DNA of 64,000 nucleotides from Candidatus Multivoradales bacterium (GTDB taxonomy: Bacteria > Acidobacteriota > Thermoanaerobaculia > Multivoradales > J023). The translations under genes were made by a program, and so were the position numbers. Each line of letters begins with the position of its first letter. The stretch's first letter is position 1. Location of the stretch: positions 326,088 through 390,087 of the forward strand of contig CBDFNS010000019.1 of assembly GCA_965250305.1 (NCBI GenBank), written 5' to 3'. Below are positions 10,022 to 23,342 of the stretch, one piece after another. Below the pieces are notes generated by a model. That model saw nothing but the letters and a program-made list of their open reading frames with translations, was not told where the DNA came from and did no database searches.

Positions 10022-10184
10022 TGTCCGGTCATGGGAATCAGCTGTCCCGCCAGCGGACGTTTTGGGGCACCCTTGGGCTTGCTCCCGTGACGTGGGCTAG
10101 AAGAACACCGTCTCGACGACTCTGCGACACCGCCGCACGCACCTTGGCACGCACCTTGCCTCTTTGCAGGACCAGGAGGTAGGA

Positions 10185-11438
10185 ATGGACATACCCCGCC
10201 CATCACGGAAGAAAGAAAAACTGCGAAAGCGAATCCTATTGGGGATTGCCGCTGCCATTGCGATAGGACTCATTACAGTCGGCCTCAACAGCCTCGAACC
10301 TGCTGCTCGTGAGGTCGATCGTGCTTCGGTGCTTTTGGGACAGGTCAAGCGTGGCGAAATGCTGCGTTCGGTACGAGGCCCCGGCACCTTGGTTCCCAAG
10401 GAGATTCGATTCCTCGCCGCCGAGCAAGACGGCGTGGTCGAGCGTCGCCGCCTCGAAGCCGGTGCCACGGTTACCGCCAATCAAGTCATCGTCGATCTCT
10501 CCAACCCCGAAGTCGAGCAAAGCCTCGAAGAAGCCGAGCTTCAAGTATTGGCCGCCAAAGCCGACTACAGCGACCTCAAGTTGCGTTTGGAAAGCGGCCG
10601 TTTGGATCAAGAAGCCAATCTCTCCCGCGTCAAGGCGGACGACGAGGGCGCCCGACTCGATGCCGATGCCAACCAGGAGCTCTTTGAGGCCGACGTCATT
10701 TCCGAAATCGTCCTGAAGCGCTCCCTACTCACTGTTGAGCAAACCAAAGTCCGCTACGAGATCGAGAAGCAACGCCTGACCAAGCTGGCCGAAGCGAATA
10801 CTGCCCAACTCGAAGCCAAACAATCCGAGGTCGACCAGCGCGAAGCCGTGGTCCGGCTCCGTCGCGGCCGGGTCGATTCGCTGAAGGTAAGAGCGGGTAT
10901 CGACGGCGTACTGCAAGAGGTCTTGGTGGAGATCGGACAGCGCGTCAGCTCCGGCGAGACCCTCGCGCGGGTGGCACAGCCCCGTAATCTCAAGGCCGAG
11001 CTGCGGATCAACGAGACCCAGGCCAAGGACATCTTGGTCGGGCAAATCGCCAGCATCGATACCCGCAACGGCGTCATTGAAGGCCACGTTGTGCGGATCG
11101 ATCCTTCGGTTCAGCAAGGTTCGGTCACGGTGGACGTTGCCCTCGATGGCGAGTTGCCACGTGGCGCTCGACCCGATCTCAGCGTCAATGGCGTGATCGA
11201 GCTCGAGCGCCTGACCGACGTGCTCTACGTCAACCGGCCGACGTACGTGCAGCCCAACAGCCGGGTCGGCCTGTTTCGCGTCGAGCCGGACGGTGCCTTG
11301 GCCGTCCGAATTCCCGTCGAACTCGGGCGCATCTCGGTTCAAACCATCGAAATCATCGCCGGCCTCGATGTCGACGACGAGGTGATCCTCTCCGATACCA
11401 GCGCCTATGACGACGTCGACCGGATTCGCATCCGGTGA
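10185..11438 (+). CDS. HlyD-family periplasmic adaptor (membrane fusion protein) of an ABC efflux system
   Basis: Probable ATG at 10185 after the SD-like CAGGAGGTAGGA. N-terminal TM anchor, coiled-coil segments and beta-barrel/lipoyl-like motifs typical of MacA/HlyD. Confidence 0.8.
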   Translation: MDIPRPSRKKEKLRKRILLGIAAAIAIGLITVGLNSLEPAAREVDRASVLLGQVKRGEMLRSVRGPGTLVPKEIRFLAAEQDGVVERRRLEAGATVTANQVIVDLSNPEVEQSLEEAELQVLAAKADYSDLKLRLESGRLDQEANLSRVKADDEGARLDADANQELFEADVISEIVLKRSLLTVEQTKVRYEIEKQRLTKLAEANTAQLEAKQSEVDQREAVVRLRRGRVDSLKVRAGIDGVLQEVLVEIGQRVSSGETLARVAQPRNLKAELRINETQAKDILVGQIASIDTRNGVIEGHVVRIDPSVQQGSVTVDVALDGELPRGARPDLSVNGVIELERLTDVLYVNRPTYVQPNSRVGLFRVEPDGALAVRIPVELGRISVQTIEIIAGLDVDDEVILSDTSAYDDVDRIRIR

Positions 11439-11544
11439 CTCGATTCACGGCACAAACCAGCAAGTCTGTAACCACAGCCACCACCCACACGTATTCTTGA
11501 TTATCTGCGTCCACCACCCCGCATAAAGCGAGAGGAGCATTCCC

Positions 11545-12237
11545 ATGAGCGAGTCCCTGATCCACTTGGAAGGCGTCACTAAGGTGTTCTACACCGAGGA
11601 TGTCGAGACCCACGCCCTCTCGGGCATTCACCTCAGTCTCGAGGCAGGAGAGTACGTCGCGGTGTCCGGCCCCTCGGGTTGTGGCAAGTCGACGCTCTTG
11701 TCGATTCTCGGCCTGTTGGATTCGCCCTCCAACGGCACGTATCGACTCAATGGGCACTCGGTCGAGACCTTGTCCCTGTCGGATCGCGCACGCATTCGGA
11801 ACCGCGAGGTCGGCTTCATCTTCCAGGCCTTCAATCTGATCGGCGATCTCACGGTCTACGAGAACGTCGAGCTGCCGCTGACCTACCGCGGCACGCCGAC
11901 GAACGAAAGAAAGAAGAAGGTTCAAGCAGCGCTCGAGCGGGTGGGGATGGCCCACCGCATGAAGCACTACCCCGCCCAACTCTCCGGTGGTCAGCAGCAG
12001 CGCGTCGCTGTGGCCCGCGCTGTGGTTGGCGATCCCTCGATCGTCCTGGCCGACGAGCCGACGGGAAACCTCGATTCTTCGAACGGCGAGGCCGTCATGG
12101 ATCTGATGAAGGAGCTCCACGCCGCCGGATCGACCATCTGCATGGTGACCCATGATCCTCGGTATGCCAAACACGCCGAGCGCACGGTGCATCTCTTCGA
12201 TGGTCGCGTCGTCGAGGAAAGTGAGGTCGCGGCCTGA
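11545..12237 (+). CDS. ABC transporter ATP-binding protein (MacB/LolD-type ATPase, no fused permease)
   Basis: Walker A GPSGCGKST. Signature LSGGQQQRVAVARA. Walker [14 protein letters not shown]-loop VTHD. SD GAGAGGAG precedes the ATG. Confidence 0.85.
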   Translation: MSESLIHLEGVTKVFYTEDVETHALSGIHLSLEAGEYVAVSGPSGCGKSTLLSILGLLDSPSNGTYRLNGHSVETLSLSDRARIRNREVGFIFQAFNLIGDLTVYENVELPLTYRGTPTNERKKKVQAALERVGMAHRMKHYPAQLSGGQQQRVAVARAVVGDPSIVLADEPTGNLDSSNGEAVMDLMKELHAAGSTICMVTHDPRYAKHAERTVHLFDGRVVEESEVAA

Positions 12238-12914
12238 GTATCGTTCGCACGCGCAATCTTGAGCGCTTCTACGAGGCCGGCTTCGGCCGGACCTACGTAT
12301 TGCGCCGAGTCAACATCGACATCGCCGAGGGCGACTTCGTCACCATCATGGGGCCATCGGGCGCCGGAAAATCGACGTTGCTCCACATTCTCGGCATGCT
12401 CGACCACCAATGGCATGGTGAGTTCGAGTTTGTGGGTGAGCCCGTGCACCGACTCAAGCCCAAACACCGTAGTGCGCTGCACAAACAGCACATTGGCTTC
12501 GTGTTTCAGGCCTACCACTTGCTGGATGACCTCACGGTCTACGAGAACATCGAAGTTCCGCTGACCTACCGCAAGGTCAAGCGATCCGAACGCCAATCTC
12601 TGGTATGCGACGCGCTCGACCGGTTTGGCATCGTCGGCAAACGGGATCTCTTTCCCAACCAGCTTTCGGGTGGCCAACAGCAATTGGTCGGCATTGCCCG
12701 AGCGGTGGTCATGAACCCGTCGGTCATCTTGGCCGACGAGCCCACGGGCAATCTTCACTCCGAGCAAGCACACGAGATCATGGCGTTGTTCAAGAAGCTG
12801 AACGACGAAGGCACCACCATCGTCCAGGTCACCCACTCTGAAGCAAACGCCGCCTACGGCAACCGGGTGATTCGGCTCAAGGACGGCTGGGTCGAGGGGG
12901 CCGAAGAGGGATAA
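12234..12914 (+). CDS. second ABC transporter ATP-binding protein; start codon uncertain, no canonical start in frame
   Basis: Walker [38 protein letters not shown]. An in-frame stop at 12222-12224 means the N-terminus (…[11 protein letters not shown]…) must begin at CTG 12234 or ATC 12240, or the TTG at 12300 gives a truncated protein. Confidence 0.7.
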   Translation: MSIVRTRNLERFYEAGFGRTYVLRRVNIDIAEGDFVTIMGPSGAGKSTLLHILGMLDHQWHGEFEFVGEPVHRLKPKHRSALHKQHIGFVFQAYHLLDDLTVYENIEVPLTYRKVKRSERQSLVCDALDRFGIVGKRDLFPNQLSGGQQQLVGIARAVVMNPSVILADEPTGNLHSEQAHEIMALFKKLNDEGTTIVQVTHSEANAAYGNRVIRLKDGWVEGAEEG

Positions 12915-13138
12915 GAGGTTCCGCGTCTCCTAGATCCTCGGTCTTACTTTGTTTGTTTGTCTTACTTCGGTCAGGCTCACCGAGTCTGGTGCGAACAGCG
13001 TCGCGGGTCATCCCGTGTTACAGGAGGCCAACGCCTTGTCTGGGCCTGACGTCGTACACAGTCACATTCGCCGTCCAACGGCCTTGCGGATGAGCGGAGT
13101 TCCGGCGTCCGCTCGACCCGCTGGGTTGCACTGCTTTC

Positions 13139-14416
13139 TTAGTCTACAAGATTCTTTCTAACAGAATGGATGACGCCAGCGCTGACGAACAGGAGTAGAA
13201 TCATCGTGAATAAGCCGAGTTTAGAGAAGCCAGGAACAGGCCCGAAGGCGTAGTGAAATCCATGGACTACTAGGCCGGCTACAAAATACACCATGATAAG
13301 CCAGCCCAGGCCAGTGGTAGCACACCTGCCGCTGATCTCGAGGTTGCTGACAGCTTCCTTCAGGTCGTCGGATAGACACAGAGCTGTGCCCAGCCAGATC
13401 GCGGCGAGACAGCCAAAGCTCAGAACGGCCAGCCACACCAAGGAAGACAGCTGGGTGGACCAGTCCTCCAACTGCAGATAAGAAATCTCCCTTGGTAGCG
13501 CCAAGTCCACAAGGACAATACCGATTACAGAGAGCATCAAGACTGCCGAGGTCCGCAACGTTCGAAACCAGACTCCCGTCTGCTTTGCTAGCCCTCCCAC
13601 CAGAGACACAAACTCCTGACCAACGCGACCAAAGAAAATCACCAGGTGTCTGATTGCCTTCCAGGCCAGATCCGTAAGAATATTTGCCACTAAGAGTAAG
13701 CCATTTAAGACCGTGATCATTGGTACTACAAGCGCTGACATCAGACCTGATTCCTTCGGATTCGGGACTCGCCATGCGGCGATTGGATCCAGCTCAGGCA
13801 CTCCCAGCCTGACAGCACGGAAGACCGCTGTGCCGAAAAGAAGAATACCAGCCACTACACCAAACAAAAAACGCGAATCCGCCAGGAATCCAAGCGTAAC
13901 TATCCAGGCCTGTAGATCCTGGGAAAAGCCAGAGTAAGGCACGCTTCCGATGGTCACAAAGGTAGCAGTTACGCCCCAGCATACGAGCACACTGAGAAGC
14001 AATAGCTCCCAACTCGTACTCGCCTTCGCCTCTTCTGTCGCCGCCGCCACGCCCAAGAAATTCCACACGATCAGATTGACAATGAGAAGGACGCCAGCAA
14101 TCCAACCACTAGCCCCCAGCAGCATCCAAGCAAGGGGCAACAGAAGAGCACAGGTAATTGCTAAGATAGCAAGCAATGACTCGACTTCGTCGTCGAACGT
14201 CGCAATGGTTAATGCTATCCAGGCCGCCAATGAGACCATTCCAGCAACTGCAACGAGAGTTATATGGAGCGGACTCTCAGTCGGGTCGACCTGATGGGCA
14301 ACCGCTATGCCTAAGATCGCAACTAACAAGACACTTGCCAGGAACGTCAAGCCCTCTCGCGACCTCAGTACGTCCCATGCTTCTTTTTGAGAAGGACTTT
14401 TCGTAGGCACTGCCAT
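13139..14416 (-). CDS. hypothetical polytopic membrane protein in a lower-GC islet
   Basis: 425-aa ORF with at least 10 hydrophobic segments. GC is visibly lower (~52-55%) than the flanks. No recognisable family. Confidence 0.45.
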   Translation of the reverse strand: MAVPTKSPSQKEAWDVLRSREGLTFLASVLLVAILGIAVAHQVDPTESPLHITLVAVAGMVSLAAWIALTIATFDDEVESLLAILAITCALLLPLAWMLLGASGWIAGVLLIVNLIVWNFLGVAAATEEAKASTSWELLLLSVLVCWGVTATFVTIGSVPYSGFSQDLQAWIVTLGFLADSRFLFGVVAGILLFGTAVFRAVRLGVPELDPIAAWRVPNPKESGLMSALVVPMITVLNGLLLVANILTDLAWKAIRHLVIFFGRVGQEFVSLVGGLAKQTGVWFRTLRTSAVLMLSVIGIVLVDLALPREISYLQLEDWSTQLSSLVWLAVLSFGCLAAIWLGTALCLSDDLKEAVSNLEISGRCATTGLGWLIMVYFVAGLVVHGFHYAFGPVPGFSKLGLFTMILLLFVSAGVIHSVRKNLVD

Positions 14417-14965
14417 TTCACACCGCTTCCAACCTGAGCTATCCCATCCGTGTTCTAGTTCCCAGAAGATCTAAATCTACCGGCCTATTGATTCCAAGTC
14501 GTGCAACCTTAGATTGAACGTCATTCCTTCTCGCCCCATCGGCCTGCTTCTGGCCGCGTTCTGGCCCAGAAGCATTCGCAACCAGGCAGACTTCATATGA
14601 TTGAGCATGAAAGACATGCGATTCTAGACATGCTGTCATTGCGGTGTCAATGAAGACCGCCCAGTAGCGCACAACGCAACCGATGCAGACGGACGTCGCC
14701 GGCTCAGGATTTTCGGCAGAGGACTGGTAAGCCTCGCCGGTCACACCGTCGACCGCCGCCAGGCCAGGCGCAACCCAGAAAGGCCCGAGCCGAGCCAGGA
14801 GCCCACCACCGCGCGACGATCCAACTCTGGGCGGCAACGACCGGGGCGATACAATGCGGCGATTCGCTCAATCTGAGCGTTCGGAGCATTTCAGTCGCTC
14901 ATGAACGAGACACGCAAGGCCCCCTATTCGACGAGCCTTCAGCACCGGCATTGCCTCCCAAGCCA

Positions 14966-15287
14966 CGAGAGGTAACCCGGTTGCTCACCGCATGGCGCCA
15001 GGGCGACGAGGCCGCGCTTGACCAACTTGTCCGCTGGTCTACGAGCCGCTAAGAGAGTTGGCCAGCGATGTTTTCTTCGCGAGCACGGTCCGCGCACATT
15101 GCAACCCACCGCGTTGGTCCACGAGGTCTATCTTCGCTTGGTCGACGCCGACATCGGCTGGAAAAACCTCGCGCACTTCTTCGCCGTGGCCGGCCGCCTA
15201 ATGCGCCGCCTCCTGGTCGACGAGGCTCGCCGACACGGTCGCCTCAAGCGGGGTCAGGAAACCGGACGCGGCGGCATGGTTGATTGA
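14966..15287 (+). pseudogene. ECF-type RNA polymerase sigma factor remnant: two frameshifts and loss of region 4
   Basis: Canonical ECF N-terminal text is split over three frames. …TRLLTAWRQGDEAALDQLV is in frame 2, PLVYEPLRELA in frame 1, and FLREHGPRTLQPTALVHEVYLRLVDADIGWKNLAHFFAVAGRLMRRLLVDEARRHGRLKRG in frame 0. The ORF then stops with no sigma-70 region 4. Confidence 0.6.
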
Positions 15288-15597
15288 TGGAGGGCCGGCG
15301 ATAGAACGTGAGATCGTCGCGAAGGACCGGGGGTATCCACAGCGAACGAGCCTTGGGGAACTGTGCCAAGCCGACGGCAGCCAACAGCAACGCGAAACGG
15401 ATTACCATCCTCATCATGCTCTCCTCTCGAGATCGATTGGATTGACGGCCCCGACCAGGCACACCAACTCCCTGCGCCATCCGAACCCAATCTCCATCAC
15501 GCCAGCATGAGGTCAACCCAGGCACCTCACCAACGTGGTTCCACCACGCGGTTACGCAATCCCATATGCTCGAACTCTTCACCCTGCGCGGAGATTC

Positions 15598-16500
15598 ATG
15601 AACAACGTCACCCCTGAACAGATTCGAACGACACTCGATCTGATCGAGCGGATGAACCGCGAGTCGGCCAACGCGTCCGATCCCGGCGCGTTCGTCGAGG
15701 CCTGCTGGGCTGCGGTCGACCCAGCGAGCCGACCGGCCTTTTTTCGCCTACTCGATATCGCGGCCGACCTCCCGCGCCTTGGCGCCAATCAAACGCTCGC
15801 GAACCTGCCGGCCGGGCTCTGGCCCCAACTGTCGCAAGTCGCCGAGGACATCGTCCGTTTGCAGACCGTGGTCGACCACCCTCTGGTTCCGGCCCAGTCG
15901 ATCATGGTGAACGCGCTCGCCGATCCCGAACAGGCTCATGAGCGGCTCGATGCCCACCACTGCGCCACGATTGACTTCTTTCTCGATGCCGATCAGGAAT
16001 CTGATCTGGACGCTGTGATCGAAGATCTGCGCCCAACCAAAGAGGGAACCTGGGGCGCACTTGCTCGTGACGAAAGCCCCGAGCTCTACGCGCTGATGGA
16101 GACCGGCCTCGGCAGCCCCGGTTTTCGTCACGTGACCGGCTTCGATCCGGCACGGGACACGTTCTCACTGACCCTCTCGCTGCAGCGTCTCGAACCCACC
16201 GGCATCGGCTGGCACCGGGATCTCTATTGGCCTGCTGAGTGGGTGGGCCAAGATGTCTTCGCGGTGTTCTACGCGCTGGGTAGCGACAGTCCTGAAAAAG
16301 GCGGTGCGTTCACGTACTACTTGCCATGGACCAATCAGATCCACCACTTTTACCGGCAACGGCATCAAGCGACGGTGCTTTGGAATAGCGCCGATCCAGA
16401 TGGGCGAATTCTGCACGCGGTTGCGGGTTTTCACACCGACGGCACCGAGCGTCATCTGATCATTCTTCAGTGTCTTCGACGTCCAAATCAGGGTCGCTAA
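15598..16500 (+). CDS. hypothetical protein, possibly Fe(II)/2-oxoglutarate-oxygenase (PhyH)-like
   Basis: ATG at 15598 (MNNVTPEQIR…). An HxD…H arrangement (GWHRD … FHTDGTERH) gives only weak support for the oxygenase fold. Confidence 0.35.
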   Translation: MNNVTPEQIRTTLDLIERMNRESANASDPGAFVEACWAAVDPASRPAFFRLLDIAADLPRLGANQTLANLPAGLWPQLSQVAEDIVRLQTVVDHPLVPAQSIMVNALADPEQAHERLDAHHCATIDFFLDADQESDLDAVIEDLRPTKEGTWGALARDESPELYALMETGLGSPGFRHVTGFDPARDTFSLTLSLQRLEPTGIGWHRDLYWPAEWVGQDVFAVFYALGSDSPEKGGAFTYYLPWTNQIHHFYRQRHQATVLWNSADPDGRILHAVAGFHTDGTERHLIILQCLRRPNQGR

Positions 16501-16639
16501 CGTCTCGGAGACGGAAAGAAAATTCTCACGGCGCGAACAAAAGCGCACGCCTCCGCGTATACCAAGCGACATACTAATTGACTGCGTTCGGCAGTTATGT
16601 TTCAACGCGCCACATTCATTGCTTTCGGAGGCCACTACA

Positions 16640-17149
16640 ATGGGTAACCACACCAAGAACGCGCGCTTTCTCCTTTGTACCAGTCTACTTTTACTGTTCG
16701 CATTCGCCGGATCGACCGCTTCTTTTGCTCAATTCGAACTCCCGGGTCAAGAACGCGGAATGACGACCCACGTCGACAAGAAAACCGAGGAACGGATCAA
16801 GAGAACTCGACGCCGCATCGAAACCTTGGATGAGGACAAGTGGAAGAGCGAGATGAATATCGTCTGGTTCGACATCAAGTTCGAAGCCGATGGCAAGTCC
16901 GCGACCATTACCACCGAGCGTGCCCTCGGGTTCAGCGGCAAGAAGTTCGAAGCCGCCCCCATCGAAGGCGACACGCCCCAGTACCGTTTGGATTTTGCCA
17001 AGAAGACCAAGTTCAAGTTCGGTGCACCTGGTCGTCCCGAGGTCCATCAGATGGTCTCGATTGCCAAGGCCGCGGGCAAACACCTGTTGGTGGGTCATCA
17101 TCATGACTCCGACGGCGATCAGATTTTCGTGCGCGAGGTCGGCAGCTAG
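16640..17149 (+). CDS. small secreted hypothetical protein (lower-GC islet)
   Basis: SD GGAGG lies 8 nt before the ATG. Signal peptide MGNHTKNARFLLCTSLLLLFAFAGSTASFAQ. The C-terminus is rich in His/Asp (VGHHHDSDGD). Lys-rich composition is atypical for this genome. Confidence 0.5.
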   Translation: MGNHTKNARFLLCTSLLLLFAFAGSTASFAQFELPGQERGMTTHVDKKTEERIKRTRRRIETLDEDKWKSEMNIVWFDIKFEADGKSATITTERALGFSGKKFEAAPIEGDTPQYRLDFAKKTKFKFGAPGRPEVHQMVSIAKAAGKHLLVGHHHDSDGDQIFVREVGS

Positions 17150-17402
17150 CCACCCCTCGGAATTGCTTGTTCGATACGGCGGCGGCCTTGGCAGGTCGCC
17201 GCTGTCCGCTTATACTTCTCTGGTCATGCGTATTTCCTTGCAAACCCTCTCCTGCCACCTGGGCCACCTCCACGACCGAATGTGCAGCCGCACGTAGCCC
17301 TCGTCCGCCCCCACCGCCGCCCTCCTCTTTCCGCGGCGCCCTGACTCGGATTCTCATCGGACACTCACCCGCGGCATCAGCCCGCCGCCGGACGCTACGG
17401 AG

Positions 17403-21125
<3,723 letters not shown>

Positions 21126-21128
21126 AAA

Positions 21129-21470
21129 TCAGCCGCGGAAACTCGCGACAGCGTCAATCTCATCTTCGAAGGTTTCGAAGATGCCGATCAAACGGGTCAT
21201 CGACAGGATCTCTCGAACCTTGGATTCGACGTTGACTAGTTTGATCTGAGCATCGTTGGTTTCCGCGGTCGTCTTGGTGCGAACCAATTCACCCAAACCG
21301 GAAGAGTCCATCGCCCGCACGTTTTTCAGATCAACGAGGATCTTGCGGGCGCCACCATCCAGTAAACGATCAATTTCGGTTCTCAGCACCACATCACCCT
21401 CACCAATGGACAGTTTCCCGTCGAGGGCGAGGATCGTCACATCTTCTTCTCGCCGTTGTGTAATCTTCAT
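21129..21470 (-). CDS. STAS-domain anti-sigma-factor antagonist (SpoIIAA/RsbV-like)
   Basis: 113 aa. …ILALDGKLSIGEGDVVLRTEIDRLLDGGARKILVDLKNVRAMDSSGLGELV… is the typical STAS fold sequence with a conserved Ser-containing loop. Confidence 0.8.
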   Translation of the reverse strand: MKITQRREEDVTILALDGKLSIGEGDVVLRTEIDRLLDGGARKILVDLKNVRAMDSSGLGELVRTKTTAETNDAQIKLVNVESKVREILSMTRLIGIFETFEDEIDAVASFRG

Positions 21471-21511
21471 CGCTCATCTCCGTCCGTATAGTGCCGAACA
21501 ACGGCTGTTTC

Positions 21512-21521
21512 GGGGGGGGGG
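21512..21521. repeat. G10 homopolymeric tract in the divergent promoter region between the STAS gene and the FHA-histidine kinase gene
   Basis: The sequence reads …gctgtttc GGGGGGGGGG tgttcgacc…. This is the only long homopolymer I noticed in the window. Confidence 0.9.
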
Positions 21522-21644
21522 TGTTCGACCCTCAGTATACGCGCTCCGCGGACCCACTGCACCCGAACATCCGCGTGGTAGGCTAGCCATCCCCTCACAC
21601 GGATCTGTGCGACCGAATTGGAATGGTCAGGCCTAACGTAAGCC

Positions 21645-23342
21645 ATGGAAATTGCATTCATTGTCTTTCACGATTCGAGTGACGAAGGCCATCGTGTCGA
21701 GTGGCACGGCAAGCGTCTGATGATCGGACGGCGTGACGATGTCGATATCCAGGCCCTTGAACCCACAATCTCCTCCCTTCACGCCGAGATCGTCCGTGCC
21801 GACAATGGCGTCTTCGTTCGCGACCTGGATAGCCTCAATGGAACCCATGTCAATGGCGACCGTATTGGCTCGTTTCGGCTGCGCTATGGCGACGTGATTC
21901 GCGTCGGCAAGACCACCATCTTGGTCACCGGCCCCGATGGCCCCACCACCCCTGCGCTCGGCGACAACGACATCCGCGGATCGGATGAAGATACCGGGTC
22001 GACGATCCGGGTGGAGCTCGATCACCTCCGCTCGAGCCGGGCAGTGGCGCTTAAGGACGATTACTACATCCTGCTTCTGCGGGACCTATTCGAGAGTCTG
22101 GGATCCCTCACCAAAGAAGAGCAGATCTTCGACCGGGTTCGCGAGATCCTGACCCAGACGTTTGATAGCGCTCGGGTTTTCGTGCTCCGACGCGATGAGA
22201 AGTCGGGCTGGCGAGATGACGAGCAGGTCGATCTACCGAGCACCACATTTGTCGACCAGGTGGCCCAAGAGTCCTGCGCTCTGCTCGCCACCTCCTTACC
22301 CCAAGACCACCGGTTCGCCGCCGCCGACAGCGTTTCGATTCGCGGTATTCAAACCGCAATCGCCGCCCCCGCGGTCTGCGAAGGCGACACCCGGGCGGTC
22401 TTGTGCATCGACCGCTTGCAACTCCCAGCATTCACCGAACGCGACCTCCATGTCTTGGGCATCGCGACGAACCATGTCTCGGCGGTCCTCGACAACGTCT
22501 CGCGTATCGGTGCGCTCGAACGAGCACGAGCGCGCCTGGCATCGCTCAACCGCAACCTCGAAGCCTTGGTCGAATCTCGAACCGCCAAAATACGGCACCA
22601 AGCAGAAGAAATCCGGACCTTGGCCGACGCGAAGGACGAGTTGATCGGCATGGCCGCACACGACATCCGCGGTCCGTTGATGGTAATCCAAGGAACCACC
22701 GAGCTCCTTCAGATGCAAGCCGCCGACCTAACTGCCGACTACTTGAATCAGAGCCTGGGCGTCATTCACGACGCTTCCGCGGGTCTCGGGCGGCTCCTCA
22801 CCGAATTACTCGATGCCAAGGCAATCGAGTCCGGTAAGGTCGACATTCAGCCCCGCCTGTGCCGGGTTTCAGAGGTTGTCAGCCAACTTACGCCCGCGGT
22901 TCAGTTGGCGGCTGCCAACAAGAAAATCGTGGTCGAGATCGATGTGCCGGTGAACCTCACCTTCGTCGCCGACCCGCAGCGATTGGCACAAGCCTTGAAC
23001 AACCTGCTACTCAATGCGGTGAAGTTCTCCGACAGCGACACGACCATCACCGTGCTCGGCCGGCGCCGAGACGAAAACACCGTCTCGGTCAGCGTGATCG
23101 ACCAGGGAATCGGAATCCCTGAGGACGAGTTCGACAGTGTCTTTAGCTCCTTCGCCCAGGGAAGAGCCGGCAAAAACCGCGGTGGCAGCGGTCTCGGCCT
23201 GGTGATCGCACACCGACTGATCGAACTCTTGGACGGCACGTTGCACGTCACCAGCAAGGTCGGCGTCGGATCGTGTTTCCGCATTGATCTCCCGCGCTCC
23301 CTTCCGATCAAGGTGGATGTGGCCCCATCCATGGCCTCGTGA
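21645..23342 (+). CDS. sensor histidine kinase with N-terminal FHA domain and central GAF domain
   Basis: FHA: RLMIGRRDDVDIQALEPTISSLHAEIVRADNGVFVRDLDSLNGTHVNGDRIG. GAF in the middle. HisKA H-box MAAHDIRGPL. HATPase_c N, G1 and G2 boxes (NLLLNAVKFS, DQGIGIP, GGSGLGL). Confidence 0.8.
   Translation: MEIAFIVFHDSSDEGHRVEWHGKRLMIGRRDDVDIQALEPTISSLHAEIVRADNGVFVRDLDSLNGTHVNGDRIGSFRLRYGDVIRVGKTTILVTGPDGPTTPALGDNDIRGSDEDTGSTIRVELDHLRSSRAVALKDDYYILLLRDLFESLGSLTKEEQIFDRVREILTQTFDSARVFVLRRDEKSGWRDDEQVDLPSTTFVDQVAQESCALLATSLPQDHRFAAADSVSIRGIQTAIAAPAVCEGDTRAVLCIDRLQLPAFTERDLHVLGIATNHVSAVLDNVSRIGALERARARLASLNRNLEALVESRTAKIRHQAEEIRTLADAKDELIGMAAHDIRGPLMVIQGTTELLQMQAADLTADYLNQSLGVIHDASAGLGRLLTELLDAKAIESGKVDIQPRLCRVSEVVSQLTPAVQLAAANKKIVVEIDVPVNLTFVADPQRLAQALNNLLLNAVKFSDSDTTITVLGRRRDENTVSVSVIDQGIGIPEDEFDSVFSSFAQGRAGKNRGGSGLGLVIAHRLIELLDGTLHVTSKVGVGSCFRIDLPRSLPIKVDVAPSMAS

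Noticed and set aside
16501-16535. Hairpin cgtctc-gga-gagacg directly after the oxygenase-like gene stop
   Set aside because: Only a 6-bp stem, followed by an A-rich rather than T-rich tail on the coding strand. Not a convincing intrinsic terminator.
17150-17402. 250-nt metH leader as a SAM/SAH/cobalamin riboswitch
   Set aside because: I could not find the conserved cores by eye (no SAM-I GAGGGA/GGCCC pairing elements, no B12-box-like GCCACTG context). It needs a covariance-model scan (Rfam cmsearch). Unproven, so not called.
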